51,821 nt of DNA from Macrostomum lignano (taxonomy: Eukaryota), in assembly GCA_002269645.1 (NCBI GenBank), contig NIVC01004284.1:1-51821 (forward strand). The letters are read 5' to 3'. Below, in pieces: positions 1-13,600 of this stretch (the stretch's first letter is position 1; every line of letters starts with the position of its first letter). The notes under the pieces were generated by a model. That model was given only the letters and a program-made list of their open reading frames with translations, was not told where the DNA came from and ran no database searches. The translations under genes and the position numbers were made by a program.

Positions 1-416
1 TGTGTGCCTTCCAGTTGCCCCGGGCCGGTAGCTGGGGGCTGACTTTTGCGCCCACCTCCCCAATTTGAGCAGCGGGGAGTCGGTGGTTAATTAAAATCTC
101 GCTCCGTCCTTTTATAGACCCAGCAACAACTGTGCGGAACTCCCACTGCGGCGTTCACGGGCGTCCAGGGCGGGCTTAGCGAAGAAATTAGCCTTATTTA
201 TAGGATTTATGGCTATAGATACGCTGCTCAAACAATTGCCTTTTCTTTGGGAGCTTTCTGCAATTATTGAGAAGCAGCAGGTGTGAAGGCGAACTTTATA
301 ATTTATGAGTTGCAGAAAAAATCACGAATTGGCAATGTGTAGAGCGGGGGGACGTGCCGAACACATTGCTTTTGTAGTCAGACTTTGAGACCAGAAAGTA
401 CAAAAAACAATTTCAG

Positions 417-3175
417 ATTCTTTGGTGAAGCGAAGTCGTTAGAAGCGCAGTCGAGCTTTGAGCTAATGTTCACGGCAACGCTGAAAGATCATCAGGATTC
501 AGGTGAGCTCTGCAGAGATTATGCCAGTGTCTTTCACTCCTCGGTAAACTGGTGTCTTTCACTCCTCGGTAAGCTGGTGTCTTTCACTCCTCGGTAAGCT
601 GGTGTCTTTCACTCCTCGGTAAGCTGGTGTCTTTCACTCCTCGGTAAGCTGGTGTCTTTCACTCCTCGGTAAGCTGGTGTCTTTCACTCCTCAGTAAGCT
701 GGTGTCTTCCACTCCTCGGTAAGCTGGTGTCTTTCACTCCTCGGTAAGCTGGTGTCTTTCACTCCTCGGTAAGCTGGTGTCTTTCACTCCTCGGTAAGCT
801 GGTGTCTTTCACTCCTCGGTAAGCTGGTGTCTTTCACTCCTCGGTAAGCTGGTGTCTTCCACTCCTCGGTAAGCTGGTGTCTTCCACTCCTCGGTAAGCT
901 GGTGTCTTTCACTCCTCGGTAAGCTGGTGTCTTTCACTCCTCGGTAAGCTGGTGTCTTTCACTCCTCGGTAAGCTGGTGTCTTTCACTCCTTGGTAAGCT
1001 GGTGTCTTTCACTCCTCGGTAAGCTGGTGTCTTCCACTCCTCGGTAAGCTGGTGTCTTCCACTCCTCGGTAAGCTGGTGTCTTTCACTCCTCGGTAAGCT
1101 GGTGTCTTCCACTCCTCGGTAAGCTGATGTCTTTCACTCCTCGGTAAGCTGGTTTCTTTCACTCCTCGGTAAGCTGGTGTCTTTCACTCCTCGGTAAGCT
1201 GGTGTCTTTCACTCTTCGGTAAGCTGGTGTCTTCCACTCCTCGGTAAGCTGGTGTCTTTCACTCCTCGGTAAGCTGGTGTCTTTCACTCCTCGGTAAGCT
1301 GGTGTCTTTCACTCCTTGGTAAGCTGGTGTCTTTCACTCCTTGGTAAGCTGGTGTCTTCCACTCCTCGGTAAGCTGGTGTCTTTCACTCCTCGGTAAGCT
1401 GGTGTCTTCCACTCCTCGGTAAGCTGGTGTCTTCCACTCCTCGGTAAGCTGATGTCTTTCACTCCTCGGTAAGCTGGTTTCTTTCACTCCTCGGTAAGCT
1501 GGTGTCTTTCACTCCTCGTAAGCTGGTGTCTGTCACTCCTCCGTAAGCTCATCACCATTTACTCATTATCTGTCAATCATCACCTTTCAATCATCACCTG
1601 TCACTCATGAACTTTGACTCGTCACCTATCAATAATCACCTGTCAATCATCACCTGTCACTCGTGAACTTTGACTCGTCACCTGTCAATCATCACCCGTC
1701 AATCATCACCTGTCACTCGTGAGCTTTGACTCGTCACCTGTCAATCATCACCCGTCAATCATCACCTGTCACTCGTGAGCTTTGACTCGTCACCTCTCTT
1801 TATCGCCTATCAATCATCACTCCCTTACAGCCGCTTGCCCGGGCTACCTATGCCGCGGTGCTGTGCAATGCCGCGACTCAGCGGGCCTCAGCTGCACCCG
1901 GCTGCCCAGGTACTGCCTTCATCCAAGCGCCAGATGCGACGGCCGACAGAGCTGCTCGCATATTGAGACCTCGGATGAAGAGGACTGTGAGTGACAGCAG
2001 AGGCTGGGAAGTTTTGGGTTTTGAGTGGTATTGCTACGTGGCTTATTCAGAAAGGTATGAATTCTGATTTGGTGTTGTTGTGAAGTTTGTAATGTAGGGT
2101 GGGCGTTTTGGATTGATCGGCCTGGGGTGTGTGTTTTGGGTTGGATGTGTTTTGAGGTGGGTGTTGTGGTTCGAGGGTTTTGGCGTCTGTGGTGGTTGGT
2201 GTGGGTGGGTATCGTGGATTGTATGCTGCGGCCTCTGAGTCAGTGTGAAAACGCCAAGAACTAGCTGGTATTGATGGTGGACGGTGCAGTAATCGGTGTC
2301 GGAAATGGCATAAGGCAGGAGGCATAGTAGGCAGACGAGGTCTTTCATACGGTAGCCATACCTGTAGTGCTCAGTCAATGAGCCGCTGCTCTCAAACCCC
2401 AGGCGTTCCCTGGCACTACATTGCCGGCGTGGCCACCGGCTCCGTCTGCAGCGCCGTCATCCTCGGACTCTCCGCCGTCCTAATTTGCTTCCTCTGCCGC
2501 GGTCGCAGACGCCGACAGATGCGTCGACGCCAGGCAGCGGCCGACGGCTCAACGTCGGGCGCTAGCAGCTCTGGCGCGGCCTCAACCTCGCAGCCGACGT
2601 CGCCAAGACAGCAGCAGCGTCAGCAGCGGCACAAAGCCTTTGTAGCATCCAACGGATCGACGCGGAAGAAGGCCTCGGCCGCCGCCAAGTCCTCGCTGAC
2701 GGACCTGGAGATGACATCCGTGATGAGCGGCCCGGCCGCGACGGCGGCAGCTCGGGCTGAACCGGCCCTGAAGCCAATTCTCAAGCTGACGTTCTCGGAC
2801 GATCTCGGCCACGAGCGCAGCCTCCGCTTGGCTTCATCGCCCGTCGGCAGCCCCATTCTGGGCGTCCCTCAGCCGGCCGCGGGCCAGAGCCAGGGCGAGC
2901 CACCTGCCAGATTCGCCCGGGTCTCCAACCACTACGCCTGCTCGGTGCTGGACCCCGCCCAGCCCGTGCGCTACACCCCCGCGCCCGGCAACTCGCGGCT
3001 CCGGCACGCCGCCCTCAGCCCGGTCGGGCCCGCTTTTCCCGACGCCGCCGCCTCCCACTCCGGCTCGGCGGCTGCCGAGGACGGCTACACCAGGAAGAAT
3101 TCCTATTGCAAGATTGTCGAGGAGGAGAGTGACCACAGGGAGAGCGACTCGGAGGGTGGCGGGTCCCTGTTTTAG
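417..3175 (+). CDS. Partial (5'-incomplete) single-pass membrane protein: CUB-like C-terminal strand + LDL-receptor class A-like module + TM + cytoplasmic tail
   Basis: Exon ~417-502 (FFGEAKSLEAQSSFELMFTA..., phase-1 donor GTGAGC at 503) joins in phase to exon 1831-~1986 (acceptor cccttacag; ACPGYLC...YCLHPSARCDGRQSCSHIETSDEEDC, an LDLa-type CDG..C...SDE..C signature). ORF 2378-3175 has a hydrophobic segment (YIAGVATGSVCSAVILGLSAVLICFLC) followed by a basic stop-transfer RGRRRR. The exact junction between the LDLa and TM exons is unresolved. Confidence 0.65.
527..1550. repeat. 25-bp tandem minisatellite (GGTGTCTTTCACTCCTCGGTAAGCT)n, about 40 copies, intronic
   Basis: Direct reading: constant 25-nt period, few substitutions, no spacers. 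Confidence 0.97.
1570..1797. repeat. 56-bp tandem repeat built from TGTCAATCATCACC sub-units, about 4 copies
   Basis: CCTGTCAATC recurs at 1681 and 1737 (period 56). Confidence 0.85.
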
Positions 3176-3591
3176 AGGAAACCAGAGAGTATTTTTGCTA
3201 TGTACTCATTTAGCATTGAAAGCCTCCATCCTGAATTAGAAGTGTAGTGAGCTGAAGTTCAATGCTCTAGGGTGGCTGATCTCAATGTTTCTGAGTATAT
3301 ATACTTTCACCCAGACACACTAGATATTAATTTCTCATCTTTATCATTGCATTAGTAGCGTGCAAAAAGGTAAAAATACTGACATCTCTGCTGGGCAAAA
3401 TGCATATACAGTGCACTTAATTATGTATAGCTGAGTTAAATAATGGCTTGCCGAAACACAAGTTCGCGAGTTTTGTAGTCTTTGTTTAACAAAGCTGCAT
3501 GCTAAACAATATATGCTAATAAATCGGAAGTTAAGCAGAGTTAGTTGCGTTTAGTAGAGCCCGCACAGAGTCAGTACTGTAAAATTTCAGT

Positions 3592-3912
3592 GGGGGTTGT
3601 AGCCTGGTGGTTAGAGCGTGAGACTCGCGACTGAAAGGTCGGGGTTCGATTCTCGACTCACTTGGAACAATTTGTGTCCTTGAGCAAGACACTTAACTCT
3701 GCATTGCTTCAGTTCACCCAGCTGTAAAATGGGTGCCAGCATTAGCTGGGGTAATTGAGGGTGTGTGGCGACCCCCCCCCCCCCAGTCCTTGGACTGAAC
3801 AGCCGTACGCAGCCTTCAGATGCGCCGCGCAATAGCTGCGGCTGAGCTGTCGGTTGCACATCTGCCCATTAGGGCAGTTATTATTTTTATTATTATTATT
3901 ATTATTATTATT
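3592..3912 (+). mobile_element. tRNA-derived CORE-type SINE with (TTA)n tail
   Basis: Pol III A-box-like TAGCCTGGTGG (3600) and B-box GGTTCGATTCT (3643); central GTGTCCTTGAGCAAGACACTTAAC...CAGTTCACCCAGCTGTAAAATGGG resembles the MIR/CORE domain; (TTA)n tail 3878-3912; second copy at 51212-51488. Confidence 0.85.
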
Positions 3913-4182
3913 AAAGAATCATAATGTTTGTGTTCTGATGACTCAAAACATTTCGACAGACTATTGATGGAGTTCGGGCCTATTAAAAGCAAAATCCAGC
4001 TCTTGATCCGATTGTCATTAAGAATGAAAGGCTGGAATTCTGCTCAGCGAATGTCGATTCGAGAAACTGTGATTACCCTGAATTCCTGTAAATAAACTGT
4101 ATGCGGATTGAGGAACCATTGCCAGACTTGCTGCTGAAATACTCTGTTATTTTAAAACAATGCAAACGTCAAACTGGTTTTT

Positions 4183-5152
4183 TGTCATGCTGTCATGCTG
4201 TCGTGATGTCATGCTGTCATGCTGTCATGCTGTCATGCTGTCATGCTGTCATGCTGTCATGCTGTCATGATGTCATGCTGTCATGATGTCATGCTGTCAT
4301 GCTGTCATGCTTTCATGATGTCATGCTTTCATGCTGTCATGCTGTCATGCTGTCATGCTGTCATGCTGTCATGCTGTCATGCTTTCATGCTGTCATGCTG
4401 TCATGCTTTCATGATGTCATGCTTTCATGCTGTCATGCTGTCATGCTTTCATGCTGTCATGCTGTCATGATGTCATGCTGTCATGCTGTCATGCTGTCAT
4501 GCTGTCATGCTGTCATGCTGTCATGCTGTCATGCTGTCATGCTTTCATGCTGTCATGCTGTCATGCTTTCATGATGTCATGCTGTCATGCTGTCATGCTG
4601 TCATGCTTTCATGATGTCATGCTGTCATGATGTCATGCTGTCATGCTGTCATGCTGTCATGCTGTCATGCTGTCATGCTGTCATGCTTTCATGCTGTCAT
4701 GCTGTCATGCTTTCATGATGTCATGCTTTCATGATGTCATGCTTTCATGATGTCATGCTGTCATGCTGTCATGCTGTCATGCTGTCATGCTGTCATGCTT
4801 TCATGCTGTCATGCTGTCATGCTTTCATGATGTCATGCTGTCATGCTGTCATGCTGTCATGCTGTCATGCTGTCATGCTGTCATGCTTTCATGATGTCAT
4901 GCTTTCATGATGTCATGCTTTCATGATGTCATGCTGTCATGCTGTCATGCTGTCATGCTGTCATGCTGTCATGCTTTCATGCTGTCATGCTGTCATGCTT
5001 TCATGATGTCATGCTGTCATGCTGTCATGCTGTCATGCTGTCATGCTGTCATGCTGTCATGCTGTCATGCTGTCATGCTGTCATGCTGTCATGCTGTCAT
5101 GCTGTCATGCTTTCATGATGTCATGCTGTCATGATGTCATGCTGTCATGCTT
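4183..5152. repeat. 8-bp tandem repeat (TGTCATGC)n with TTTCATGC/TGTCATGA variants
   Basis: Direct reading; explains the MLSCCHAV ORFs. Confidence 0.97.
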
Positions 5153-5825
5153 TCTGGAAGCTGGGAAGGTAAGAAGAACTGCGATATCACTCAAAAAATC
5201 GGAAGCAAAATTATGTTTCCAAAAATATTTGCATATCTCTGACGCGCTGTTTTCTTTGTTCCTGTAGTATTGCAGACCTCACCTAAAACAGACTGCAAAT
5301 GAAGAGCTTCGCTGTGCCTGCAATTCCATGAAAGCGAAATCCGCCAGCTACCGTACCTGAACCTACGAAGTGCGCCGCTGTCTCTCTCTAACTGCCATTT
5401 CTCTCGCTGATTTATGAGCCTGCAGTTGGAATTGCTTTTTTATCTGCTGGCTATGCGGAATGGCTGGGAATCTGGCATCGAAGCCCGGACCGAACTGCGG
5501 AGACTGAATGGGGAACCTATAGGTGAAAACCGGCTTCATCCTGCGGCACTCTGAAATCCGCTGCACCCCTGTGCACTCACAGCCTAATTGTCTCCGCACT
5601 GCACTCCAATGCAACACGATGGACTCCATTTTTTCTTCTCGATTCGAACTGAATGAATTCTGAATGAGTCTCTTGCTTTGGGATATGGAAAATGGCACGC
5701 ACCTGCGGGAAGACGGACAGAAGGCACAAAAGGCATGGCATGCTCCGACTGTGAGACAGCTAAGTTTAGTAATCATTATTGCATGCTGTGGGACTACGGT
5801 GAAAGAAATGCTATGGTTAAAAAAG

Positions 5826-7056
<1,231 letters not shown>

Positions 7057-7059
7057 GCA

Positions 7060-7700
7060 TAGAGCATAGAGCTGTGCAGTGGAGTAGATGGCGCCCTGGC
7101 TTCTGCCAAGGAACAAGTACTCTTATAAGACTGGGAAATCGGTGGATCGCGGGGGATCGCGTGAAAGAGAGAAGAGGCCCGCGCTTGTAATGAGAAGTGA
7201 CGCGGGCGGAGGGACTGGACGGAGGCCATTAAGCCAGCAGAGCTGTGGAATATATTATCAGGCGCAATTGGGAGACGGGAGCGCCTCACTCGGAGTGTAA
7301 AACGGCCACCCCCTGCGGGCCGGAGAGCCACTTTGCTTCCGGCAGCAGGCCGTTTCTGCATCACGCGATCTCCCATAGCAGCCCCCTCAACCTGCGTGCC
7401 TGCCTCCTCGAAAGATGCCTAGAATTGGGAGGCTGAGAAGAGTGGCTAGATGGAGTAACACGCTTGGTGCGATATAGCAGTGAAGGTGGTGCGCGACAAG
7501 CTGGCTGCGGGAATTAGCTGGCCCTCCTTCTGCTTCAGCTTCTGCATCCCAAGAAAGAGAGATGGAGGAGGCGGGTGGCAGAGAGGGAGAAAGTGAGAAC
7601 CAAAGCGACAGTTGCTGGCAGCCGGTGGCAGGGGAATTAGCAATATCGAGTTTCACGAGCGACAGTTCCTTTGCCACTCCAGCGGTTTGCGTGCGACTTC
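7060..7700 (-). mobile_element. Possible degenerate 3' end of a non-LTR retrotransposon ORF2 abutting the (TATC)n tract
   Basis: Minus-strand translation RHFSLQARASSLFHAIPRD...SYK loosely resembles the SFS.....LFN.LP..I......FK C-terminal motif of CR1/L2-group ORF2. Frames are broken, so similarity is weak. Confidence 0.3.
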
Positions 7701-10647
7701 GATCGCGCGGTTTCTCTCGTGGATGCGCTTGGAAACGGGGGGGAATCAGGTATATCAGGAGGCACTTTTCGGTGCAGCTTTCGCGAGGGTTGAGCTGGTT
7801 TAAAGCGTAGGTGAACGGATGATTACGATGGGATTAAAGCTTCTGCCAGAGTCGAGCCAAAGTACCCAGGGTTCCACAATGACATGCATGACCTCATTAA
7901 TCTGGGACTCCCGCCCATGAGGGCCAACCGCCAAGGCACAGAATGTGTTTTTGTCAATTAGAAAGCCACTGTGCACCTGCGTTGCTTTGTTTTGCAGGAT
8001 TTCCCTAAGCCTTCGCAAACTATCTGATTAAGCTTTTATCAGACATAACAAGCATGACCCAGATGGTCAATAGTTTGGTGGACATGACACTGCTGCATCT
8101 GGGAGATAGCTTGTACATGTATGTAGAGCTAGTACATGACTGAGACTGTAGGGGGTCGCAACTACCGTTAGTTCCAATATTTCTGCCGCGTCTTCTTAGA
8201 GCTGCCACCCTCTACGACGTAAATCTGTTTTCCACTATACCGCTGCCCGCACCCTTATACTGACCGGCTTGGTAATATCCTTAATCGGTCTAAAGTAAAC
8301 AGGATAGTTTCAGATATGGTCGGGTTTGATCGTGGCGACCAACCGATGGCACCCGTGTTGGATAAGGATTGGAATTTAGTCGAGGGGGTAAACAGCGGAA
8401 TTTTCTCCGCGGAATGGGCGACTTATCCATAGAGAGTGATGCGAGCGATGGCTGCCCATGACTGCCTTTTAGGCAATGTTATCCGAAACAGAGTGGGCAG
8501 CAGAGAGAATGCTATTTGAAGCCCATCTGCATGCGAGCACGTATAAGGGGATAAGGGGTGAGGCAAGAATCTGCATTGATTATGCGAAAAAATGATTGGA
8601 AAGCAATGGAGAGACATCGCTGGGATGAGTGTATCCGCACAGAACATATGACAGCGTTATGTTTCAAGTCCGAGTGCTCAAGTCCGAGTAACACAGCTAT
8701 AAGCAAAATAATAGCAGTTCTCTTGCCTGTATTCAAGAACACTAGAAAGGAAGCTCTCAGTTCGAATCTGGAATCAGGAGGATGCGTCAAATATTTATGC
8801 TCGGAGACGGAGTGAAATCGGAGTTGACGCGAGCAAATCGGATTCCTGCACTGCACGCACACTTGTCCAAGTTCGCACTGGAGGAGGCGCGAGTCCAGTC
8901 ATTCTGCTGAGCCTGAATCTGGCAAACACTGGCGCAGTGCGATTTTGTTGGTCCCAAGTGCGTGCTCTAGCGCATTTGTATGCTAGAATCTTTCAGAAGC
9001 AGCGCGTCCAGAGGACGAACAGGAGAGGGCAACAGGGCTGCGGTAGTTTGTAACTTGGGCATTATTGATCGCTGAAAAATTGTCTCGGGCCTCTCTTGGC
9101 GCGTATAAATACTTCCCAGTCACCCGGTAATGCTGGTCTAGGGCAGGGAAGAGAGAGTCGTACAGCGCTAGGCCTCATTCCCATCCTGCCGAGAAGATTG
9201 AGGCAGAACCCTGAATTATTCATGAATTGAGTTGTAGACCGGACGAAAAAAATTGTTTCAGTGACGTTGCAAGTGGTGTGAGCTCAATCATTAAACCGCG
9301 ATTCCTGTTGAGCAAGCGGTTAAAAGTGACCAGCACTTAAATTGGACGAAAATTTAATTCTAATTGGACTTACCGACTACTTAAAGTAGCAAGATATGAA
9401 ATTAAACAAAAAAATTACTAATTAATCACTCAACATTTTGTCGAACTGTTTTATTGATGCTTATAGAAATGTTTCTTCAGATTTCATACAGGATGCTATA
9501 GCCAACAAAGACCTGTATAAAGACGGATCTCGAGAACTACTTCTGCTATGATACGTTTAATGCATTTGTAGTTTCGTTTTTGTGATACAATCACCATCTC
9601 TAAAAATGTTCACAACACTACTACAGGCCCATGGAGGTACGAAATAAAGGCCGTTCACACTGAGGAGTCTTTCGAACCAATCTTGGATTGATAGCGCAGC
9701 TATTCGGAACGCCAGCAGAAAGTTCAGCACTGCAGCAACGCGTCCCAATAAGATCGAAGTTGCAATACGGTCTAGGCAAATCTTGCATTAAACCTCCGTG
9801 TTCCTTCCGCGCCGCATGCACTCCCGAATGGATCTCGAAATTTTCCAAAACTTTCCGTGTGTCATCGGAGGGAGAAACAGTTTCTGATCCTGCACGCGCA
9901 GCGGCAGCGAGGGGGGAGATGCCAAGACTGGAACGGCTGAACGCGTACCTGTAAAGGTAAAGCAGTGTAGAGGCCGATGCCTAGTGGAAACTTCACGAAT
10001 GCATGCCATTTGGCTCCTCTCTGCTCGCCTTTCACCCAATCTACCTCCCTCTCTCTCTCCCTGCAAGAAACCGTATTAGACAGCAGAAACTTCGGGATGC
10101 GGACGGAAAAGGTATTTCTGAAGGCCCATCCCGGACCCGCGGGGCCGCACTGCGCTATTTATCGATCCAAATGGTGGCGCAGCTAAGGTTCTGACTTGGA
10201 GGCTGCGGCGCAGCGCACATGGGCAATGATTTTTTCGACGCTAGCGGAAGAATTGTAAGCGCAAAGCTCGACCTGACATTTCCTACCCACCCGGCCCCTC
10301 TAACCCTTGCCTACTGCAGTTCCTCTTCGTTCTCCCCTACCTCCCGCCCGCGCCTTTTCCTCGGTTCTATTTAGGCAGCCCAGTGACCCGGCATTGAAGG
10401 CCTTGCACCACTCCTTCATCCTTTCTGTCGCGTCTCCAACTCTTTCGCTCGACAGTCCCCGGCATCTAGACACAGGTAAGTCCAAGATTGTTCGGACCCA
10501 GTATGTGCAATACCAAAATTAGAAGCTCAACCTTAATGTAGGCAGCCTTCATTGCAGGTCGTGTTCTTAGTTTCGTTTGTCGCCCCACTCCGAGTAGCAA
10601 ATTTTCTGTTTATTGTTTAACCTGCCGTCGAAAGAACAGCAGCAACA

Positions 10648-13600
10648 ATGAGCGACATGGACGAGCGACGCGCCGCCCGACGCAGGGCGAGGCAGCAGGC
10701 GTGAGTAAACACCTAATAGCAAAGCTTTAACAATCATTCTTGTCATAGTACTGTTTGAATGATCGGCAATATGCTAGTGAGTTGTTATTACCCTCTCGAA
10801 TTAAACCTCCCCTTTCATTCCAGAACCGAAGAGGTATGATACTGGAGCTATTAATCATTCGATCCCCTATTAGGTAACTTCGATGCAGCAGTCAATTTCT
10901 CTTCAGCTTCCATCTGTTAAGTAATTGTCTTTTTCTATGTTTGAATCCTCAACGTGTTTTATCACCAATCGAGTATCATTGATAGTATCGTGAGTATAGA
11001 AGCTTACTAAGGAATCACCGGGATTACAATGGAACAATTAGAGCAAGTGAGAGCTACCGTTGCTAGGCGCTTTCTGCGTTCCAGTTGGAGCTTACAGTTG
11101 CGCTCATAAATACTCCTGTTGCGTTGTAAAGTTGCGCTTTATCACGGATTTGACTGTCAGACCCAGCTCGCTCGGAATAGTTTTGATCAGCAGTCCATTA
11201 CAGTAGAGCCTAGAAAAGTAAACTATCGAATTCTCATAGTCCATGCCTGCTAATGCATATACTGTATGTTGTTCTCGAGCGTATTATTTTGCATCTCAGT
11301 TTGGTAGAGGGCGGCCTGTAACGCGCTTCGCATTCGTACTGTATTAACTAACAACGGGTTATCAATATCAATAGTTTTTTTTTAATTTCACAACTCAAAC
11401 CTTGAGTGATATTTTGGATTAGTATTTTGCCATAATATTAATGTCAGTAGGTTAATTCGGTATAGAAAAATATTTTAGAATATTCGAATGAGTTTTTTCT
11501 GTTAAACCTAGCACAGCATTTCTCATATTATCGTGCTAACGACATCCCGAGTTGAAAGCATACAGAATACCGCTAGGCCATAGATTTGCTCGTCTCTAAG
11601 TTATGTTTCTCAGTCAGAAATCTTTGTTCTCTTTTTTCTAGAAGCTTTTCAACTTTGGATGTCCGTTTTCTAACTTTGCATGGCAAAAGCAAAAAAGTTT
11701 TGTAATTTTGTAATTTGTCAGCAAGGGACAACGAACCTTAACCCCCCATGCTTTGCACGATGGTTCAATGACTGCTTCTTGTTCCAAGCCGAACAGACTG
11801 TTCCTGGCTAGTTCAGCCGATAAATTAATAATTGCTACAATAATAGGAGGCGCCGGCGGCTGATTCGTCAAGGCGCCGACGCAGGCGTGGCGAAGAGGAA
11901 GACGCAGCGGAGTCTGAGGCACCCGTGAGTGAAGCCGATCGACCCACACAAACTGAACGGAAGCCGGAGATTCCTAGCTTTTAGTATAAATACATTCAAG
12001 TATTCTGCTGTCCCGGATCTGATCTAATCACTGACATTCCGATGTGCTTTTTGTTGGGGTGTCTTGCTGTATCCATTTTTTCTACTAACCTCAGCTACGA
12101 ATTCATAAAATGCATCAAAATGTATTTAGCTGCATTAGAGATGACTTTTTTGTTAACTATTCTTTTATTTTCATTTTCTATTGCCAATTGGCACTCGTAA
12201 AAAATCTTTAATGAGTGGATGCTCTGCTTTTGCGATCGGTAATACATCTTGAGCGCGCTTGCTCAAGATCCTGAGAAGTGCGGTGAGTGACTTCTCAACA
12301 AGTCTTATTCAGAGACATTGGCGTGCGTCCCACAATATGTGCTTATCTCGCGACCTTCTGCTTTAAAGTACTTCACATTATTTTTTATAGACCTGTTTAC
12401 TCCCCACTGATGATAAAATCCGAAGCTCTGTATCAAAGCATGCTCGTAAATATTTATAAGAGGCATGAGAACCTGTAACAGACCTGCTTGTTTCATGGAC
12501 TATGCTAACTCGAAGGACTTTCTTTCCCGCTTTCCAGTCCGCTCCGGCCGAGTCCGCCCGGCCGAGTCCGCCCCGGCCGAGGAGCCCTCCGGCGGCGGTG
12601 GCGGAGGCGACGACGATGTGAGTATTTTTTCTCGACGCCTTCGTTGATGAGCTTGATTGATTCCTGCATTGACGCTTGTGGCTGGCGCATCGGCTTTCAG
12701 GATCGCCGGCGAGCTGAGGAAGAGGAAGCTGCCGAGCGACGTCGCCGCCAGCAGCAGGAGGAGGAGGAGGAACGGGAGCGGGCCGAAGCTGAGAAACGTC
12801 GGCGCGAGGAGGTAAACAGCTGTAGCTGTTGCTTACCGTTCAGGGAGTGGGGTTCTCATCTTCCCGCCCGAGCTTAACCGAAATTCAACCCAATCTCAAC
12901 CCAAGCTCAACCCAATCTCAACCCAAGCTTCAGCCCAAGCTCAACCCAATCTCAACCCAATCTCAACCCAAGCTCAACCCAATCTCAACCCAATCTCAAC
13001 CCAAGCTCAACCCAATCTCAACCCAAGCTCAACCAAAGCTCAATTCATGCCCAAGCAAGCTTCAGCCCAATCTCAACCCAATCTCAACCCAATCTCAACC
13101 CAATCTCAAACCAATCTCAACCCAATCTCAACCCAATCTCAACCCAATCTCAACCAATCTCAACCCAATCTTCTCAACCCAATCTCAACCCAATCTCAAC
13201 CCAATCTCAACCCAAGCTCAACCAAGGCTCAATTCATGCTCAACCAAGCTTCAGCCCAAGCTCAACCCAAGCTCAACCAAGCTTAACTCAAGCTCCACAA
13301 AAGGTTACCAAAACTCAACGTCTCATTAAAATTCCTACTGACTCTACAGGAAGCAGAGCGGCGCCGTCGCGAAGAGGAGGCCGAAGAGCGCCGTCGTGAG
13401 GAGGAAGCCGAAGAGCGCCGTCGCGCCGAGGAGGCCCGCAAAGCCGAAGAGGCCGCAGCCGCCGCCTCAAAGAAGGGCGGCAAGGGCAAGAAGAAGAAGG
13501 GTGTCACAATGACCCCGGAGAAGAAGCGCCTGCTGAAGCAGCTGATCATGCAGAAGGCAGCTGAAGAGATGCGCGCCGAGCAGAAGCGCAAGGCTCAGGA

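Noticed and set aside
527-1550. CRISPR-like array (also considered for 31706-32292, 33192-33862 and 49921-51072)
   Set aside because: Units are head-to-tail with no unique spacers, no cas genes, and the context is eukaryotic introns/intergenic DNA.
3592-3670. tRNA gene (also 51420-51488)
   Set aside because: A/B boxes are present but the sequence continues into a CORE-like body and simple-repeat tail and lacks a clean acceptor stem: a SINE head.
5363-5620. Possible - strand terminal exon (RMKPVFTYRFPIQSPQFGPGFDARF...)
   Set aside because: Plausible acceptor but no recognisable homology or partner exons; not supportable.
9621-9950. Possible - strand exon divergent from troponin I (acceptor CTTTACCTTTACAG)
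   Set aside because: Translation has no recognisable motif and no linked exons were found.
10140-10380. MEF2/CArG muscle enhancer upstream of troponin I
   Set aside because: Only imperfect matches (CTATTTATCG, CTATTTAG); too weak to call.
12829-13329. 166-aa STQSQPNLNPI ORF
   Set aside because: Lies within a troponin I intron and is the 11-bp repeat read through.
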